From the NCBI GenBank assembly GCA_964530135.1, contig CAZGXN010000002.1, forward strand, positions 3,308-67,307: a stretch of DNA of 64,000 bases, given 5' to 3'. The notes under the pieces were generated by a model. The model searched no databases and was not told where the DNA came from. It worked only from the letters and a program-made list of their open reading frames with translations. Shown here piece by piece: positions 28,342 to 38,546 of the stretch. A program made the position numbers and the translations under genes. The stretch's first letter is position 1, and each line of letters opens with the position of its first letter. Source of the DNA: an uncultured Bdellovibrionales bacterium. Its GTDB lineage: Bacteria; Patescibacteriota; Minisyncoccia; Moranbacterales; UBA1568.

Positions 28342-30237
28342 ATGTGTGGTATCGCCGGAAAAATATCCCTCGGAAATAAAGAGATCTCGCCCGCTGAAGT
28401 CGAGACGATGAATGACGCCATCAGGCATCGCGGACCGGATGACGGCGGTGTCTATATCTCACCCGATCACAAAGTTGGTCTCGGACACCGGCGACTTTCC
28501 ATCATTGATCTCTCCCCGCTCGGTCATCAGCCAATGCGGTACCTCGACCGTTATGAGATCGTGTTCAACGGTGAGGTTTATAATTTCCAGGAAAAGCGGG
28601 TTGAATTGGAGAAAAATGGCTATACCTTTGCATCCCACTCCGATACCGAGATCATCCTCGCGCTCTATGACAAATATAAAGAAAAGTGTCTCGATCACCT
28701 CCGCGGTATGTTCGCCTTCGCCATCTACGATGAACGAGAGCAAACTCTCTTTGCGGCGCGTGATCGAGTCGGCAAGAAACCATTCAAATATTTCTTTGAT
28801 GGAAAAACCTTCATGTTCGCCTCCGAGCTCAAGGCCATCCTCACCCAACCAGAGTATGTCCGCGAGCCCGACTATATCGCGATTCATCACTATCTGACGC
28901 TGCAGTATGTCCCGGCGCCCCTGACCGGTTTCGTCGGCATCGCCAAGCTCGAGCCTGGACATTACCTCAAGCTCGATCTGCAGACCCGCACGCTCGAGAA
29001 AGAACGCTATTGGAAGCTCGATTATTCCGAAAAACTTGACCTGCCGGAAGACGAGTGGAAAAAGCGCATCATCGAGACGCTCGAGGAATCTGTGAAGCTC
29101 CGCATGATTTCCGATGTGCCAATCGGAGCCTTTCTCTCGGGTGGCGTGGACTCGAGTGCGGTCGTCGCTCTCATGGCTCGGAATTCAACCCAACCGATCA
29201 AGACATTCTCTATCGGGTTCAAGGAGGAAAAATACAATGAGCTCCCCTACGCCAAGCGAGTGGCCCAGGCCTTTGACACGGACCATACCGAGTTCATCGT
29301 CGAGCCGAACGCCATCGAACTCCTCCCTATGCTCGTCCGGCAGTACGAAGAGCCCTACGCCGACTCGAGCGCGCTCCCAACCTACTATGTCTCCAAACTC
29401 ACCCGCGAGCACGTAACCGTCGCGCTCAACGGCGACGGCGGCGATGAGAATTTCGCCGGCTATACCCGCTATGCAGCCCTCCAGGCTTCACTCACACTCG
29501 AACGTTTCTCATGGCTCGCCAAGACTATCGGCGTCCCTATAACGAAGCTCCTCGCTGATGGAGTGCCAAATACACTCACTGATCGTATTCATCGCCTCAC
29601 GAAGACATTGTCTATCGACTACCGTGAGCGCTATATGGGCTTCACCTCATACTTCACCAATGAGCAGAAGGCGCAGCTCTATACAGATGAATTCAAAGAA
29701 AAAGTCTGGATGGAAAACACCTATGAACTCATTGCTGCGCGCTTCCTCGAGTCCGGTTCCAAGGATCGGACCGAACAGGCCGTCTACGCGGATTTCGTCA
29801 CCTATCTCCCGGAAGACCTGCTCGCGAAAGTCGACATCGCTACCATGGCCGTCGCGCTCGAAGGCCGCTCGCCCTTCCTCGATCATGTCCTCCTCGAGCT
29901 CTCAGCCAAAATCCCATTCAATTTGAAGCTCAAGGGTGTCAATAACAAAAAATATATCCTCAAGGAAGCCTTGCGCGGCCTCGTTCCTAACGAAGTAATG
30001 GATCGGCCGAAAATGGGCTTTGGTATCCCGATTGACCACTGGTTCCGACATGAGCTGAAGGACTACGCTCGGGAGAAACTCCTTGACGGCGAACTAGTCC
30101 GGAGAAATATCGTCCGGCCCGAATACATCCGACTCCTCCTTGAACGACATGCCGAAACAAAGATCAATTTTTCGCCCCATATCTGGGCGCTCCTCACCCT
30201 GGAGCTCTGGTTTGAAGAATACTTCGGGAAAGAGTAA
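28342..30237 (+). CDS. asnB: asparagine synthase (glutamine-hydrolysing) family amidotransferase
   Basis: N-terminal 'MCGIAGK' nucleophile, PP-loop 'SGGVDSS', full-length AsnB architecture. Confidence 0.9.
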   Translation: MCGIAGKISLGNKEISPAEVETMNDAIRHRGPDDGGVYISPDHKVGLGHRRLSIIDLSPLGHQPMRYLDRYEIVFNGEVYNFQEKRVELEKNGYTFASHSDTEIILALYDKYKEKCLDHLRGMFAFAIYDEREQTLFAARDRVGKKPFKYFFDGKTFMFASELKAILTQPEYVREPDYIAIHHYLTLQYVPAPLTGFVGIAKLEPGHYLKLDLQTRTLEKERYWKLDYSEKLDLPEDEWKKRIIETLEESVKLRMISDVPIGAFLSGGVDSSAVVALMARNSTQPIKTFSIGFKEEKYNELPYAKRVAQAFDTDHTEFIVEPNAIELLPMLVRQYEEPYADSSALPTYYVSKLTREHVTVALNGDGGDENFAGYTRYAALQASLTLERFSWLAKTIGVPITKLLADGVPNTLTDRIHRLTKTLSIDYRERYMGFTSYFTNEQKAQLYTDEFKEKVWMENTYELIAARFLESGSKDRTEQAVYADFVTYLPEDLLAKVDIATMAVALEGRSPFLDHVLLELSAKIPFNLKLKGVNNKKYILKEALRGLVPNEVMDRPKMGFGIPIDHWFRHELKDYAREKLLDGELVRRNIVRPEYIRLLLERHAETKINFSPHIWALLTLELWFEEYFGKE

Positions 30238-30279
30238 AATATCCTAGTAATCAGCCGTTTTCCCTATTTTTTTCCCCGT

Positions 30280-31371
30280 ATGCGCGAACGATTTATCAGT
30301 ATGTTCTCCGATCCGGTTGACGGTTCACCAGTAACGCTTACTGCCTACAAACACGAAGGTGATCATGTGATCGACGGCCTCCTCCAAAGCGCTTCGAACT
30401 GGTATCCAATTATCGCTGGCGTGCCGCGATTTCTCGTCGGTGAACTCCGATGGAATATGCTTCAGGAACAACACGCTTTCTTTCATACCTATCGAGAACA
30501 CCTGACAACCAAAGCTCAGACTGAGTGGCAGGATGCAATCGACGCGATCACCGATCTCGACACATTCCTTACGCACCAGAAAAAGACTGGTGAAAGTTTT
30601 GCCTATGAGTGGAAATACATCTACCGAGAAAATGATTTCGAGAAACAGAACTTTTTCCATTTTTTGAGTCCGTTCGTGAAAGAAGCGGACCTCTCAGGGA
30701 AACAAACGCTCGACATCGGCTGCGGCTCCGGTCGTTTCACGAAATGGGCCGCTCTCTCCGGTGCTGAAATGGCAATCGGTTCCGACCTTGGCGAAAGCGT
30801 CACCGTAGCGTATGAGATGACAAAGGATCTCCCAAATGCCTGCATCATCCAGGCCGATATCTATGCTATGCCATTTCGGAATGCCTTTGATTTCGCCTAC
30901 TCGATCGGGGTACTGCACCATCTCCCGGAACCGAAGCAGGGCTTCCTCGCACTCCCCAAAGTACTGAAGCCAGGCGGGCGTTTCCTCATCTGGGTCTACA
31001 ATCGGCGTGACAACGCCCGGGCACTCTACTTCTATGAGCCGCTCCGCTCCCTGCTGCGCCGCCTGCCGAAACCACTCCTTTACAAACTCTGCTATCTGCC
31101 GGGAGCCGCCGTGCACGGCATCAATCTCTTCGGCCGCTGGCTCGGTGACATCGGTTTTCCTAATCTCGAAAAAAAGCTACCGTTTGCCTACTACGCGAAT
31201 TTCCCGTTCAACATGAAACTCAACGACGCCTTTGATGTCCTCGCGACGCCGAAGAGCAACTACTATTACGCGGAAGAGATCGAACACTGGTTCCACGAAG
31301 CCAAACTGAATGACATAAAATCCTTCGAACATCCAGAAGCTGGTATCACCTGTACTGGAACAAAAGAATGA
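30280..31371 (+). CDS. class I SAM-dependent methyltransferase with N-terminal Trm112-like zinc-ribbon-like segment
   Basis: motif I 'LDIGCGSGR', 'VLHHLPEP'. Confidence 0.8.
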   Translation: MRERFISMFSDPVDGSPVTLTAYKHEGDHVIDGLLQSASNWYPIIAGVPRFLVGELRWNMLQEQHAFFHTYREHLTTKAQTEWQDAIDAITDLDTFLTHQKKTGESFAYEWKYIYRENDFEKQNFFHFLSPFVKEADLSGKQTLDIGCGSGRFTKWAALSGAEMAIGSDLGESVTVAYEMTKDLPNACIIQADIYAMPFRNAFDFAYSIGVLHHLPEPKQGFLALPKVLKPGGRFLIWVYNRRDNARALYFYEPLRSLLRRLPKPLLYKLCYLPGAAVHGINLFGRWLGDIGFPNLEKKLPFAYYANFPFNMKLNDAFDVLATPKSNYYYAEEIEHWFHEAKLNDIKSFEHPEAGITCTGTKE

Positions 31372-32474
31372 TGGCTGGTAAGAAAAAAATTCTCCACCTC
31401 ATCCAGTCGCTCAATAACGGCGGGTGTGAGAATATGCTCCTCCGTACCCTGCCACTCCTCGGTGATTTCGAGCATACGATCATCACCCTAAAGGAGCCTG
31501 GCGAACTGGCACCGAAATTTTCTACTCTTGACATCACCATCATTCCCGCCCACTGCGATGGTTTTACTGATATCACTGGCATTTTCCGTCTGCGTCGGCT
31601 CATATCGGAGGTGAAGCCCGATATCATTCTCACCTATCTCTTCCATGCCGACATGCTCGGCCGCCTCGCGCTCTTTGGCACGACCAAGGCACCAATCATC
31701 CCCTTTCTCCGGACCACCTACAATGACTCTCGCTACTGGATCGCTCGAGCCGCGGAATGGTTGACGAAACCACTCGTTCAGCGCTATCTCGCTAACTCAG
31801 AAGCAGTAAAAGATTTTTATGTGCGCAAGCTTGGCGTATCAGCCAATCAGATCACCGTTATCCCAAACGGTATCGACACTGATTTCTTTGACTGTCTTGC
31901 GCCCGACCCAATACTCCGCGATTCGATCGGTATCAGTCCAGACGATTTCGTTATCATTTGCGTCGCCAATCTTCATCCCAACAAAGGACATCACTATCTC
32001 CTCGAGGCCTTCGAATCATCGTTTTCAAAGAATCCCACCATAAAGCTCCTCATCGTCGGCGATGGCACCGAACGCAAGAATCTTGAGCGACAGATCAAAG
32101 ATTACCGATCGAAAAACGGCGTTTTCTTCCTTGGTCGCCGTACCGATATCCCACAACTTCTCAAGGTTTCCGATTGTTTCGTCCTCCCCACTCTCTTCGA
32201 GGGCATGTCGAATGCGATTATGGAAGCGATGGCTGCTAGCCTCCCCGTCATCACGACCGATATCCCTGAGAACCGTGAACTCATACGAGCTGGCGAAACA
32301 GGTATCCTCGTCCCACAAAAAGATTCGCGTGCCATCGTCGAGGCAATCGAGCGGCTTCTCAGTGATCCGGAAAAATTCGAAACACTAGGAAAAAATTCCA
32401 AACACAACATCCGCGAACGATTCGGCATCAAAGTCGTCATCTCGAAACTGAATCAGTTTTTCAAGAGCCTATAA
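31368..32474 (+). CDS. GT4-family glycosyltransferase
   Basis: 'FEGMSNAIMEAMAASLPVITTDIPENRELI'; ATGATG overlap with the upstream stop. Confidence 0.85.
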   Translation: MMAGKKKILHLIQSLNNGGCENMLLRTLPLLGDFEHTIITLKEPGELAPKFSTLDITIIPAHCDGFTDITGIFRLRRLISEVKPDIILTYLFHADMLGRLALFGTTKAPIIPFLRTTYNDSRYWIARAAEWLTKPLVQRYLANSEAVKDFYVRKLGVSANQITVIPNGIDTDFFDCLAPDPILRDSIGISPDDFVIICVANLHPNKGHHYLLEAFESSFSKNPTIKLLIVGDGTERKNLERQIKDYRSKNGVFFLGRRTDIPQLLKVSDCFVLPTLFEGMSNAIMEAMAASLPVITTDIPENRELIRAGETGILVPQKDSRAIVEAIERLLSDPEKFETLGKNSKHNIRERFGIKVVISKLNQFFKSL

Positions 32475-33281
32475 AACGACTGCCGGAAAATGTTTTTGAA
32501 ATTGATCAAGAGAGATCCACTCAGCGCTTCGTAGGGTGATTTTTCTTCGCACAAACCAGACAACATCTTCTGAAATGAGCTTTCCAAAAAGCAAATCGAC
32601 AAGATAGAGAAAGTTTCGGGCACTTATCGCATTAACCGAGAAAAAGTCCGTCACACTTTTAAAAGAAAAAGTAAATCTCGAAGAAGAAAGGTTTCCACCT
32701 CCTTTTTTAATTCTATGAACGGTCAGTGGTTCTTGAAGACAATAAATTTTTCCTTCTTTCAAAAGGGTCTTTTTCTCAAATAATTCATCTGCAAGTGTAT
32801 GATTTATATCATACCGAAATCCCTTATTCCGAAAAACGAGTGAGGTATGATCGACGAAATTCGGGTACGGTGATTTTTTGTTAAGAATTAAAACTTCTTT
32901 ACTTTCAAAATAGTAGAATGTGCTTGTGCCACAAGCGATACTGTCATCATTATTTTGCAAAAAATCGATTTGCTTTGCTATTTTTTCCGGAAGCCAGATG
33001 TCATCGTGATCCTGAATTGCCACATATTCCCCACCCGCCCTATCCAAAAGAAAATTCAGTCCGGCATACGGACCAACATTCTTCTTGCCTTCAAAGAGGG
33101 TAATTCTGGGATCGTTCAGACTTTTTATGATTTCCACTGTTTTATCATCCGAAGCGTTATCCAGTACGAGAATCTCCAAACTCGAATATGTCTGATTGAG
33201 ACAACTCCGCAGTGTCTTTTCAATATATCGTTCCGCGTTATAGGAAACGATCAAGACTGAAACAAGGTTGCTTTTTTTCAC
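32469..33281 (-). CDS. GT2 glycosyltransferase (AT-rich cassette)
   Basis: 'VSVLIVSYNAERYI', 'LVLDNASDDKT', 'DHDD'. Confidence 0.8.
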   Translation of the reverse strand: MKKSNLVSVLIVSYNAERYIEKTLRSCLNQTYSSLEILVLDNASDDKTVEIIKSLNDPRITLFEGKKNVGPYAGLNFLLDRAGGEYVAIQDHDDIWLPEKIAKQIDFLQNNDDSIACGTSTFYYFESKEVLILNKKSPYPNFVDHTSLVFRNKGFRYDINHTLADELFEKKTLLKEGKIYCLQEPLTVHRIKKGGGNLSSSRFTFSFKSVTDFFSVNAISARNFLYLVDLLFGKLISEDVVWFVRRKITLRSAEWISLDQFQKHFPAVVL

Positions 33282-33287
33282 AATACT

Positions 33288-34286
33288 TCAGTTACTGAAA
33301 TAAAGCCTCTTCAAGTATTGATTGACGCGATTCGGCAATAAAAGGCGGATAAATAAGAGAGAATTCAAAGAAAGATCTCTGGAAAGATTTAAAGGGAATT
33401 TTTTCGCGTAAGAAAAGAATTCATTCCAAGCCTCCTTTTTTTGAGCATTTTCAAGATAAAATATGGTATTAAAGTAACGAGTCTTCCCCTTCATATATTG
33501 GATTGCCTTCTGCACATCTTGATTATTCGAAAATTCTTTTGAATAATCATCCAAAATCATAAGAAGTTGCTTTGACACCTTTACCGTCGAAGCTGAATTG
33601 TTAGTTGTGTGTTTTCTATATTTGAGTAAAACGTGATCAATGAAGTATATTTTATTTTTTGTCGAAAGGCGAAAATTAAAATCCCAATCAGAGGGGAGAA
33701 ATATTTTTTCATCGGAATCGAGACTTCTTGGGTATCCTGATATGGATAAAACTTCCTTTTTTATCATTATCTGGCTATATGTAGAAAAAAGTAATGTTTT
33801 AGCATATAGATACTCTGCCGGATCTATATTGCTATTTCTGTAGGTTTTCGTATCGAGCTTCTTATACATGTTATCAATAGTCGTATCACCAACATCATTG
33901 ATAATTTGAAAGTTGCAATATACCATTCCAAGATCCGGAAATTTTTCAAAAATCAACATCTTCTCAGCGAGATTCTCATTACAAAAAACATCATCACCCT
34001 CCAAGAAGGCCAGATATTCACCTTTCGAAGTATCAATAAGAAATTTCCAATTCGGAATAAGCCCCTTGTTTGTCTCATTTCTAAAAACCTTGATCCGACT
34101 GTCTTTCTGCGCGTATCCTTGGATAATCTCCCAACTCTTGTCAGACGAACAGTCATCCACAACCAAAAGCTCCCAATTTTGATATGTTTGGGAAATCACG
34201 CTTTCTATCGTTTCACCAATAAACTTCTCGTGGTTATAAACGGGAACGATTACTGAAATCAACGGTTGGTCGTTCTGATTACTCAT
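33288..34286 (-). CDS. GT2 glycosyltransferase (AT-rich cassette)
   Basis: 'ISVIVPVYNHEKFI', 'VVDDCSSDKS', 'EGDD'. Confidence 0.8.
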   Translation of the reverse strand: MSNQNDQPLISVIVPVYNHEKFIGETIESVISQTYQNWELLVVDDCSSDKSWEIIQGYAQKDSRIKVFRNETNKGLIPNWKFLIDTSKGEYLAFLEGDDVFCNENLAEKMLIFEKFPDLGMVYCNFQIINDVGDTTIDNMYKKLDTKTYRNSNIDPAEYLYAKTLLFSTYSQIMIKKEVLSISGYPRSLDSDEKIFLPSDWDFNFRLSTKNKIYFIDHVLLKYRKHTTNNSASTVKVSKQLLMILDDYSKEFSNNQDVQKAIQYMKGKTRYFNTIFYLENAQKKEAWNEFFSYAKKFPLNLSRDLSLNSLLFIRLLLPNRVNQYLKRLYFSN

Positions 34287-35031
34287 GATTTTTACAAATA
34301 CACACCAGATTCGGAGAAAGAATTTTTGGGTTGATTGTACCGATACCGAACCGGATAGCTTTTATGGTGCTGTTCACTAAAAGCTGCACACACCTGATTA
34401 TTACATCGCTTACAAAAAATCTAAGATAATTTATAATTCCTTTACCATAAATATTTATAGGAATTTTCTCCGAGTAAAGTTTTATATTTTTAAATCCAGA
34501 AGCCTCGCAAAGTTGGTAGAGAGATCTCTCAGTAAAAAAATTCACATGAGTAACATCCCAAAATGGCCCGACATAGAAAATATTCTGCACACTCGGCGTT
34601 ACAATGACTAATACACCATCTGTAGTAAGTGATTCCTTAATTTTTTGAAGAAAAATAACCGCCTCATCCCTTGAAATATGTTCGATAACATGGGAGAGGA
34701 ACACCAGGGAATATACCCCCTTTTTCGAATCAAGGAATAAGTTTGTATTTTCAACATGCTCGCATGGTAACCTTTGCTTCTGCGCCTCTATAATGAGATC
34801 CTCAGCAATATCTACTCCGTAACAATTTTCATACCCAAACAACTTGAGCGCTCTGAGCGTCCTCCCATTTCCGACTCCTATATCAAGGATGTGGGCAGTT
34901 TTTTCTTTCGGAAAAAACGAATTAAAATTCTTAATCAGATATCTCTGATACTGCTTTTCTTCATCCTGATTCAACAAAACTTGGTTGTAGCTATTCTGTA
35001 AATAGTTGTTATAAAATTGCTTGGAGTTCAT
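34279..35031 (-). CDS. class I SAM-dependent methyltransferase (AT-rich cassette)
   Basis: motif I 'ILDIGVGNGR', 'VFLSHVIEHI'. Confidence 0.75.
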   Translation of the reverse strand: MNSKQFYNNYLQNSYNQVLLNQDEEKQYQRYLIKNFNSFFPKEKTAHILDIGVGNGRTLRALKLFGYENCYGVDIAEDLIIEAQKQRLPCEHVENTNLFLDSKKGVYSLVFLSHVIEHISRDEAVIFLQKIKESLTTDGVLVIVTPSVQNIFYVGPFWDVTHVNFFTERSLYQLCEASGFKNIKLYSEKIPINIYGKGIINYLRFFVSDVIIRCVQLLVNSTIKAIRFGIGTINPKILSPNLVCICKNHE

Positions 35032-36347
35032 AAACTTGCAAGATATTTGTTGCAGAAATATTTATTCAGTATAGCATTTGCAAAGAAAATTGTGGCATAT
35101 GCAGCAACTACTAGGTACAGTGTAAGTAAGCCAAGAACCCCCATTGTAATCAGAAAGGAAAAATACACAACTACAATAAAAAACCAAGCAAGAAAAAGAT
35201 TTCTTACAATCTTCTGTTTTCCACCAGAAATTACAATAAATCCAAAAAGACTTCCGTAAAGATTAAACAGCGAATATACACTAAAAAACAATATGATTAG
35301 ATAATCAGTTGGGTATTCCTTACCATAAAGCCCTAGACCTAAGAAGATAATTAGGGCTGACAAAATAAACCATCCTATGCCTAGAATGGGAAAGATCTTA
35401 TCTATTTTTTTTGCAATTTCAGCTTTATTCTCAGCCTGGGCAACTGCTGGAAAATATACTGACGAAAAAAAAGCGATGAATTGGCCAGTAGCGAGAGCGG
35501 AAAGAGTGTAATAAGCATTATAAAAACCCAGTTCCCTCGAGCCAATAAACGTATTAATAAGAATACTTGTTCCGCTTTGGATCAAATAGCCAGAAATCAC
35601 ACCAAGAAAGATAACGGAAGAAAACAGGAACAATTCTTTTAAGATGTCTCTATCAAAAAAAAGTCCAAAATATGACCCTACTTTAACAAAAAAAACTATC
35701 AGTACCAATACTAATGCACATACATTCAATATTATAAACCATGCAAGAGAGAAAGTTTCTTTAAACGAAAAGTACAGCACAATAATCGAAAGCAACAAAA
35801 ATATTCCTTGGAAAATCCGAACTGTATTGACGAATATAAATTGATTCAGAAGTTTTAAATAATTTTCAAGCGCAACCGCAAGCGCGTTTGTCATTGAAAA
35901 GAGTAGGGCAAAAACAAGAAACAATGTCGGTAAACCAAGCAATTCAGCAACAAGATCACCGAAAATTAAGAATATAAAAGACCAAAAAATTGAATTGAGA
36001 AAGAAAAATATAATATATGTGGATAGTATATTTTTCCTTCTTTCCTCATCTCCCTTGGCCGCAAGACGAATAATGGTGGTTTCAAGTCCGAATGAAAGAA
36101 AAATTGTCAGAAAGGAGTAAAGAGCCACATATACGGCATATCTCCCATACTCAACCGGACCGAGAAACCTTCCAGCGAGTACGGAAACTACCAACAATAG
36201 CAAAGAGGATATTGCTCCACCGAAAAAAGAAATGCCAAGATTCCCGAGGAATTTCCGCATCTCTTCCCCCATCTCGTGCCCAAAAATCCGGAGATGAATA
36301 ATTTCCGCGATACGATAGAATGTGTTTTTTATAGTTTCAAAAATCAT
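35028..36347 (-). CDS. Wzx-type oligosaccharide flippase (second copy, AT-rich cassette)
   Basis: 'GRFLGPVEYGRYAVYVALYSF' paralogous to the 7886 flippase motif, about 12 TM; start uncertain (36347 or 36272; ORF-track 36464 overlaps the divergent neighbour). Confidence 0.7.
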   Translation of the reverse strand: MIFETIKNTFYRIAEIIHLRIFGHEMGEEMRKFLGNLGISFFGGAISSLLLLVVSVLAGRFLGPVEYGRYAVYVALYSFLTIFLSFGLETTIIRLAAKGDEERRKNILSTYIIFFFLNSIFWSFIFLIFGDLVAELLGLPTLFLVFALLFSMTNALAVALENYLKLLNQFIFVNTVRIFQGIFLLLSIIVLYFSFKETFSLAWFIILNVCALVLVLIVFFVKVGSYFGLFFDRDILKELFLFSSVIFLGVISGYLIQSGTSILINTFIGSRELGFYNAYYTLSALATGQFIAFFSSVYFPAVAQAENKAEIAKKIDKIFPILGIGWFILSALIIFLGLGLYGKEYPTDYLIILFFSVYSLFNLYGSLFGFIVISGGKQKIVRNLFLAWFFIVVVYFSFLITMGVLGLLTLYLVVAAYATIFFANAILNKYFCNKYLASL

Positions 36348-36351
36348 AAAT

Positions 36352-37857
36352 ATGGCTTTTTCAAGCCTTTCTAGTATACTGCTATATATGATCGCAGGGC
36401 AAACTAAGAACGCTCCCCCTATAGAACTTGGTGTGTTGGTTTTGCTGCTGGCTATTTTTTCCATTCTTGGAATATGGCTTGCCCTCCTCGTACCCTATTT
36501 CCAGGGGCCGGATGAGCAGGTACACTACGCCACCATACAATACTGGACAGAACCGGACGAAAAAAACTGGCTAATCACGAATAGTCACACACTCAATCAA
36601 GGTAATAATATCCGTACTTATAATTTTTCAGAGGAAGTCCAAGAAACAGCCCAACGGATGCAATTTGACGAAATAAAGTGGCAGGAAACGAACACGCAGT
36701 CTTTTTCAGCCGGTCGAGAAGGTCTAAAAGAAAACGAAGTAAAAGAAAACAACTGGAAGCGGTATATCGATGTCTATCCCCCGAACGCTTCCGGCACCTG
36801 GTCGCTCTACTATTGGCTAGGCTCAGGCATCGAGTCATTCTTCTCGGATCGATCGATCTTTGACCGCCTCTTCTTCGCCCGCCTCCTCTCGGTCGGTCTC
36901 GGCGCTCTGACCGTTCTCATCGCCTTCCTGTGCGCCCGAAAGCTCGGCTGGCCGCCGACCTTGGCCACGCTTTTCGCTTCACTTATCGCCTTTCAGCCAA
37001 TGTTTCTCGCCACGAGTGCTGTCATTAATATCGATATTCTCCTCGCCTTCGCCTTCTCGCTCTTCTTCTGCGGGGCAGCCCTCTGGATCACTGCTGGACC
37101 GACTATACAATCAGTCAGCCTCACTATGGTCGCGATGCTCATTGGGCTTTTCACCAAGGGTCCGGGCGTTGTCCTCATCGGCCTCCTCTTCGTGCTCATA
37201 CTCTTTTCTCTCTACCGCCGCTATGGAACACGCTGCCGCGATTTCCTCCCCTATTGCCTCTTGGCTGGATTCATCGTCACGAGCCTCTTCTTCATCTTTA
37301 CCCCGGCCCATATCCTCGCTAATTTCCTCCACCTCGGATCAAACTCGAGCTTTTCTGCCCCCCTCGAATCAATCAGCGCCTATCTGGAGAAAACCCTCAC
37401 CTCAGGGGCGATTGTCTGGACCGCGATGACCTACTGGGGCAGCTTTGGCTGGCTCGATACGAATCTCCCTCAATCTATCATCAGCATACTCCTCACGACC
37501 GAAACCATCTCGCTCTTCGGACTCATCTGGTTTTTCTTTGACAAAGCTCCGCCCCGCTTCCTTCCCAGCAAACATATTCTTTTTTTCGCACTCATTTCAA
37601 TTCTTTTCCTCCAATTCGCCATCCGTTTCTTCGATTGGCGCGTCTTCGATGCTACTGGCAAGATCCTGAGCGGTACTCCCGGGCGCTATTTCCTGCCGAA
37701 CATCATCCCCCACCTCCTCCTCGTGGTTTCGGGTCTCGGTTATTTCGTCCGGACGAGAGCATCCTTCCAGAAACTTCTTCTCCTACTTTCGATCTCCTTT
37801 TTCACTCTCACCTCGTACGCCCTCTGGTTCATCATCCTCCCTCGCTACTACCTATGA
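36352..37857 (+). CDS. polytopic membrane protein, GT-C-like / DUF2142-like (function inferred from context)
   Basis: 'PYFQGPDEQVHYA' acidic first-loop motif, more than 10 TM helices; start uncertain (36352 or 36388). Confidence 0.55.
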   Translation: MAFSSLSSILLYMIAGQTKNAPPIELGVLVLLLAIFSILGIWLALLVPYFQGPDEQVHYATIQYWTEPDEKNWLITNSHTLNQGNNIRTYNFSEEVQETAQRMQFDEIKWQETNTQSFSAGREGLKENEVKENNWKRYIDVYPPNASGTWSLYYWLGSGIESFFSDRSIFDRLFFARLLSVGLGALTVLIAFLCARKLGWPPTLATLFASLIAFQPMFLATSAVINIDILLAFAFSLFFCGAALWITAGPTIQSVSLTMVAMLIGLFTKGPGVVLIGLLFVLILFSLYRRYGTRCRDFLPYCLLAGFIVTSLFFIFTPAHILANFLHLGSNSSFSAPLESISAYLEKTLTSGAIVWTAMTYWGSFGWLDTNLPQSIISILLTTETISLFGLIWFFFDKAPPRFLPSKHILFFALISILFLQFAIRFFDWRVFDATGKILSGTPGRYFLPNIIPHLLLVVSGLGYFVRTRASFQKLLLLLSISFFTLTSYALWFIILPRYYL

Positions 37858-38546
37858 AACCCGCCTGGCTTAATCCGAAGACTCTTTTCCTCGCCGCTGC
37901 CATCGGGACAGGCATATTTGCTTTCCTTGATCGACTATATTTTCCTGATGCATCTCGGAACTTCCTCGGGGAGACGAAGCATGCCGAGCTCTCGGCCAAT
38001 GGTCCAATCACCCAGGTGTTCCAAGCGAGCCAAGACGGACTCGAGGGTCTGCAAATTTTCATGGGTGATACCGATCTCGGTCTCGGCGAGCGGATCGATT
38101 TCACACTCCTCGACCCTTCCTGCCACAAAGTTTTTGCCCGCGCAAACCGAACCATGTTCTCGCTCCCGGCGACCCGGGATATCCGGTTCGCATTTCCAGC
38201 CTTTTCCGCCAGTGCTGGCGAGTCTTATTGTCTCTCTATCGAGTACCGTCCCGGCTTCATAAAAAAGAAAGAACGGCCCTACATCCGGGTCAGTGAGGAC
38301 ACGAGTTTCGAAACCACATCCTACACCGATCATGGGAAAGGAAAGAGCTATTCCGGCCGAACACTTCAGATCCGCCCGCTCTACGCCCCTGGGGGCGGAA
38401 GTATACCTGATCGATTTGCAGCATTAGAAAACCGGCTTTCGCAATATAAGCCGGCGTTCGCCAAAGGAATGATGCTCCTGATCGGAGGCTCGGGAATTCT
38501 CTTTGGAATCGTTTTCTTTGTCTGGATTAGCCGCCGCAAGGAGTAG
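37854..38546 (+). CDS. hypothetical bitopic membrane protein (N- and C-terminal TM helix), translationally coupled (ATGA) to the upstream GT-C-like gene
   Basis: start at the ATG overlapping the upstream stop; the ORF-track 37635 extension is Pro/His-rich and overlaps. Confidence 0.5.
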   Translation: MKPAWLNPKTLFLAAAIGTGIFAFLDRLYFPDASRNFLGETKHAELSANGPITQVFQASQDGLEGLQIFMGDTDLGLGERIDFTLLDPSCHKVFARANRTMFSLPATRDIRFAFPAFSASAGESYCLSIEYRPGFIKKKERPYIRVSEDTSFETTSYTDHGKGKSYSGRTLQIRPLYAPGGGSIPDRFAALENRLSQYKPAFAKGMMLLIGGSGILFGIVFFVWISRRKE

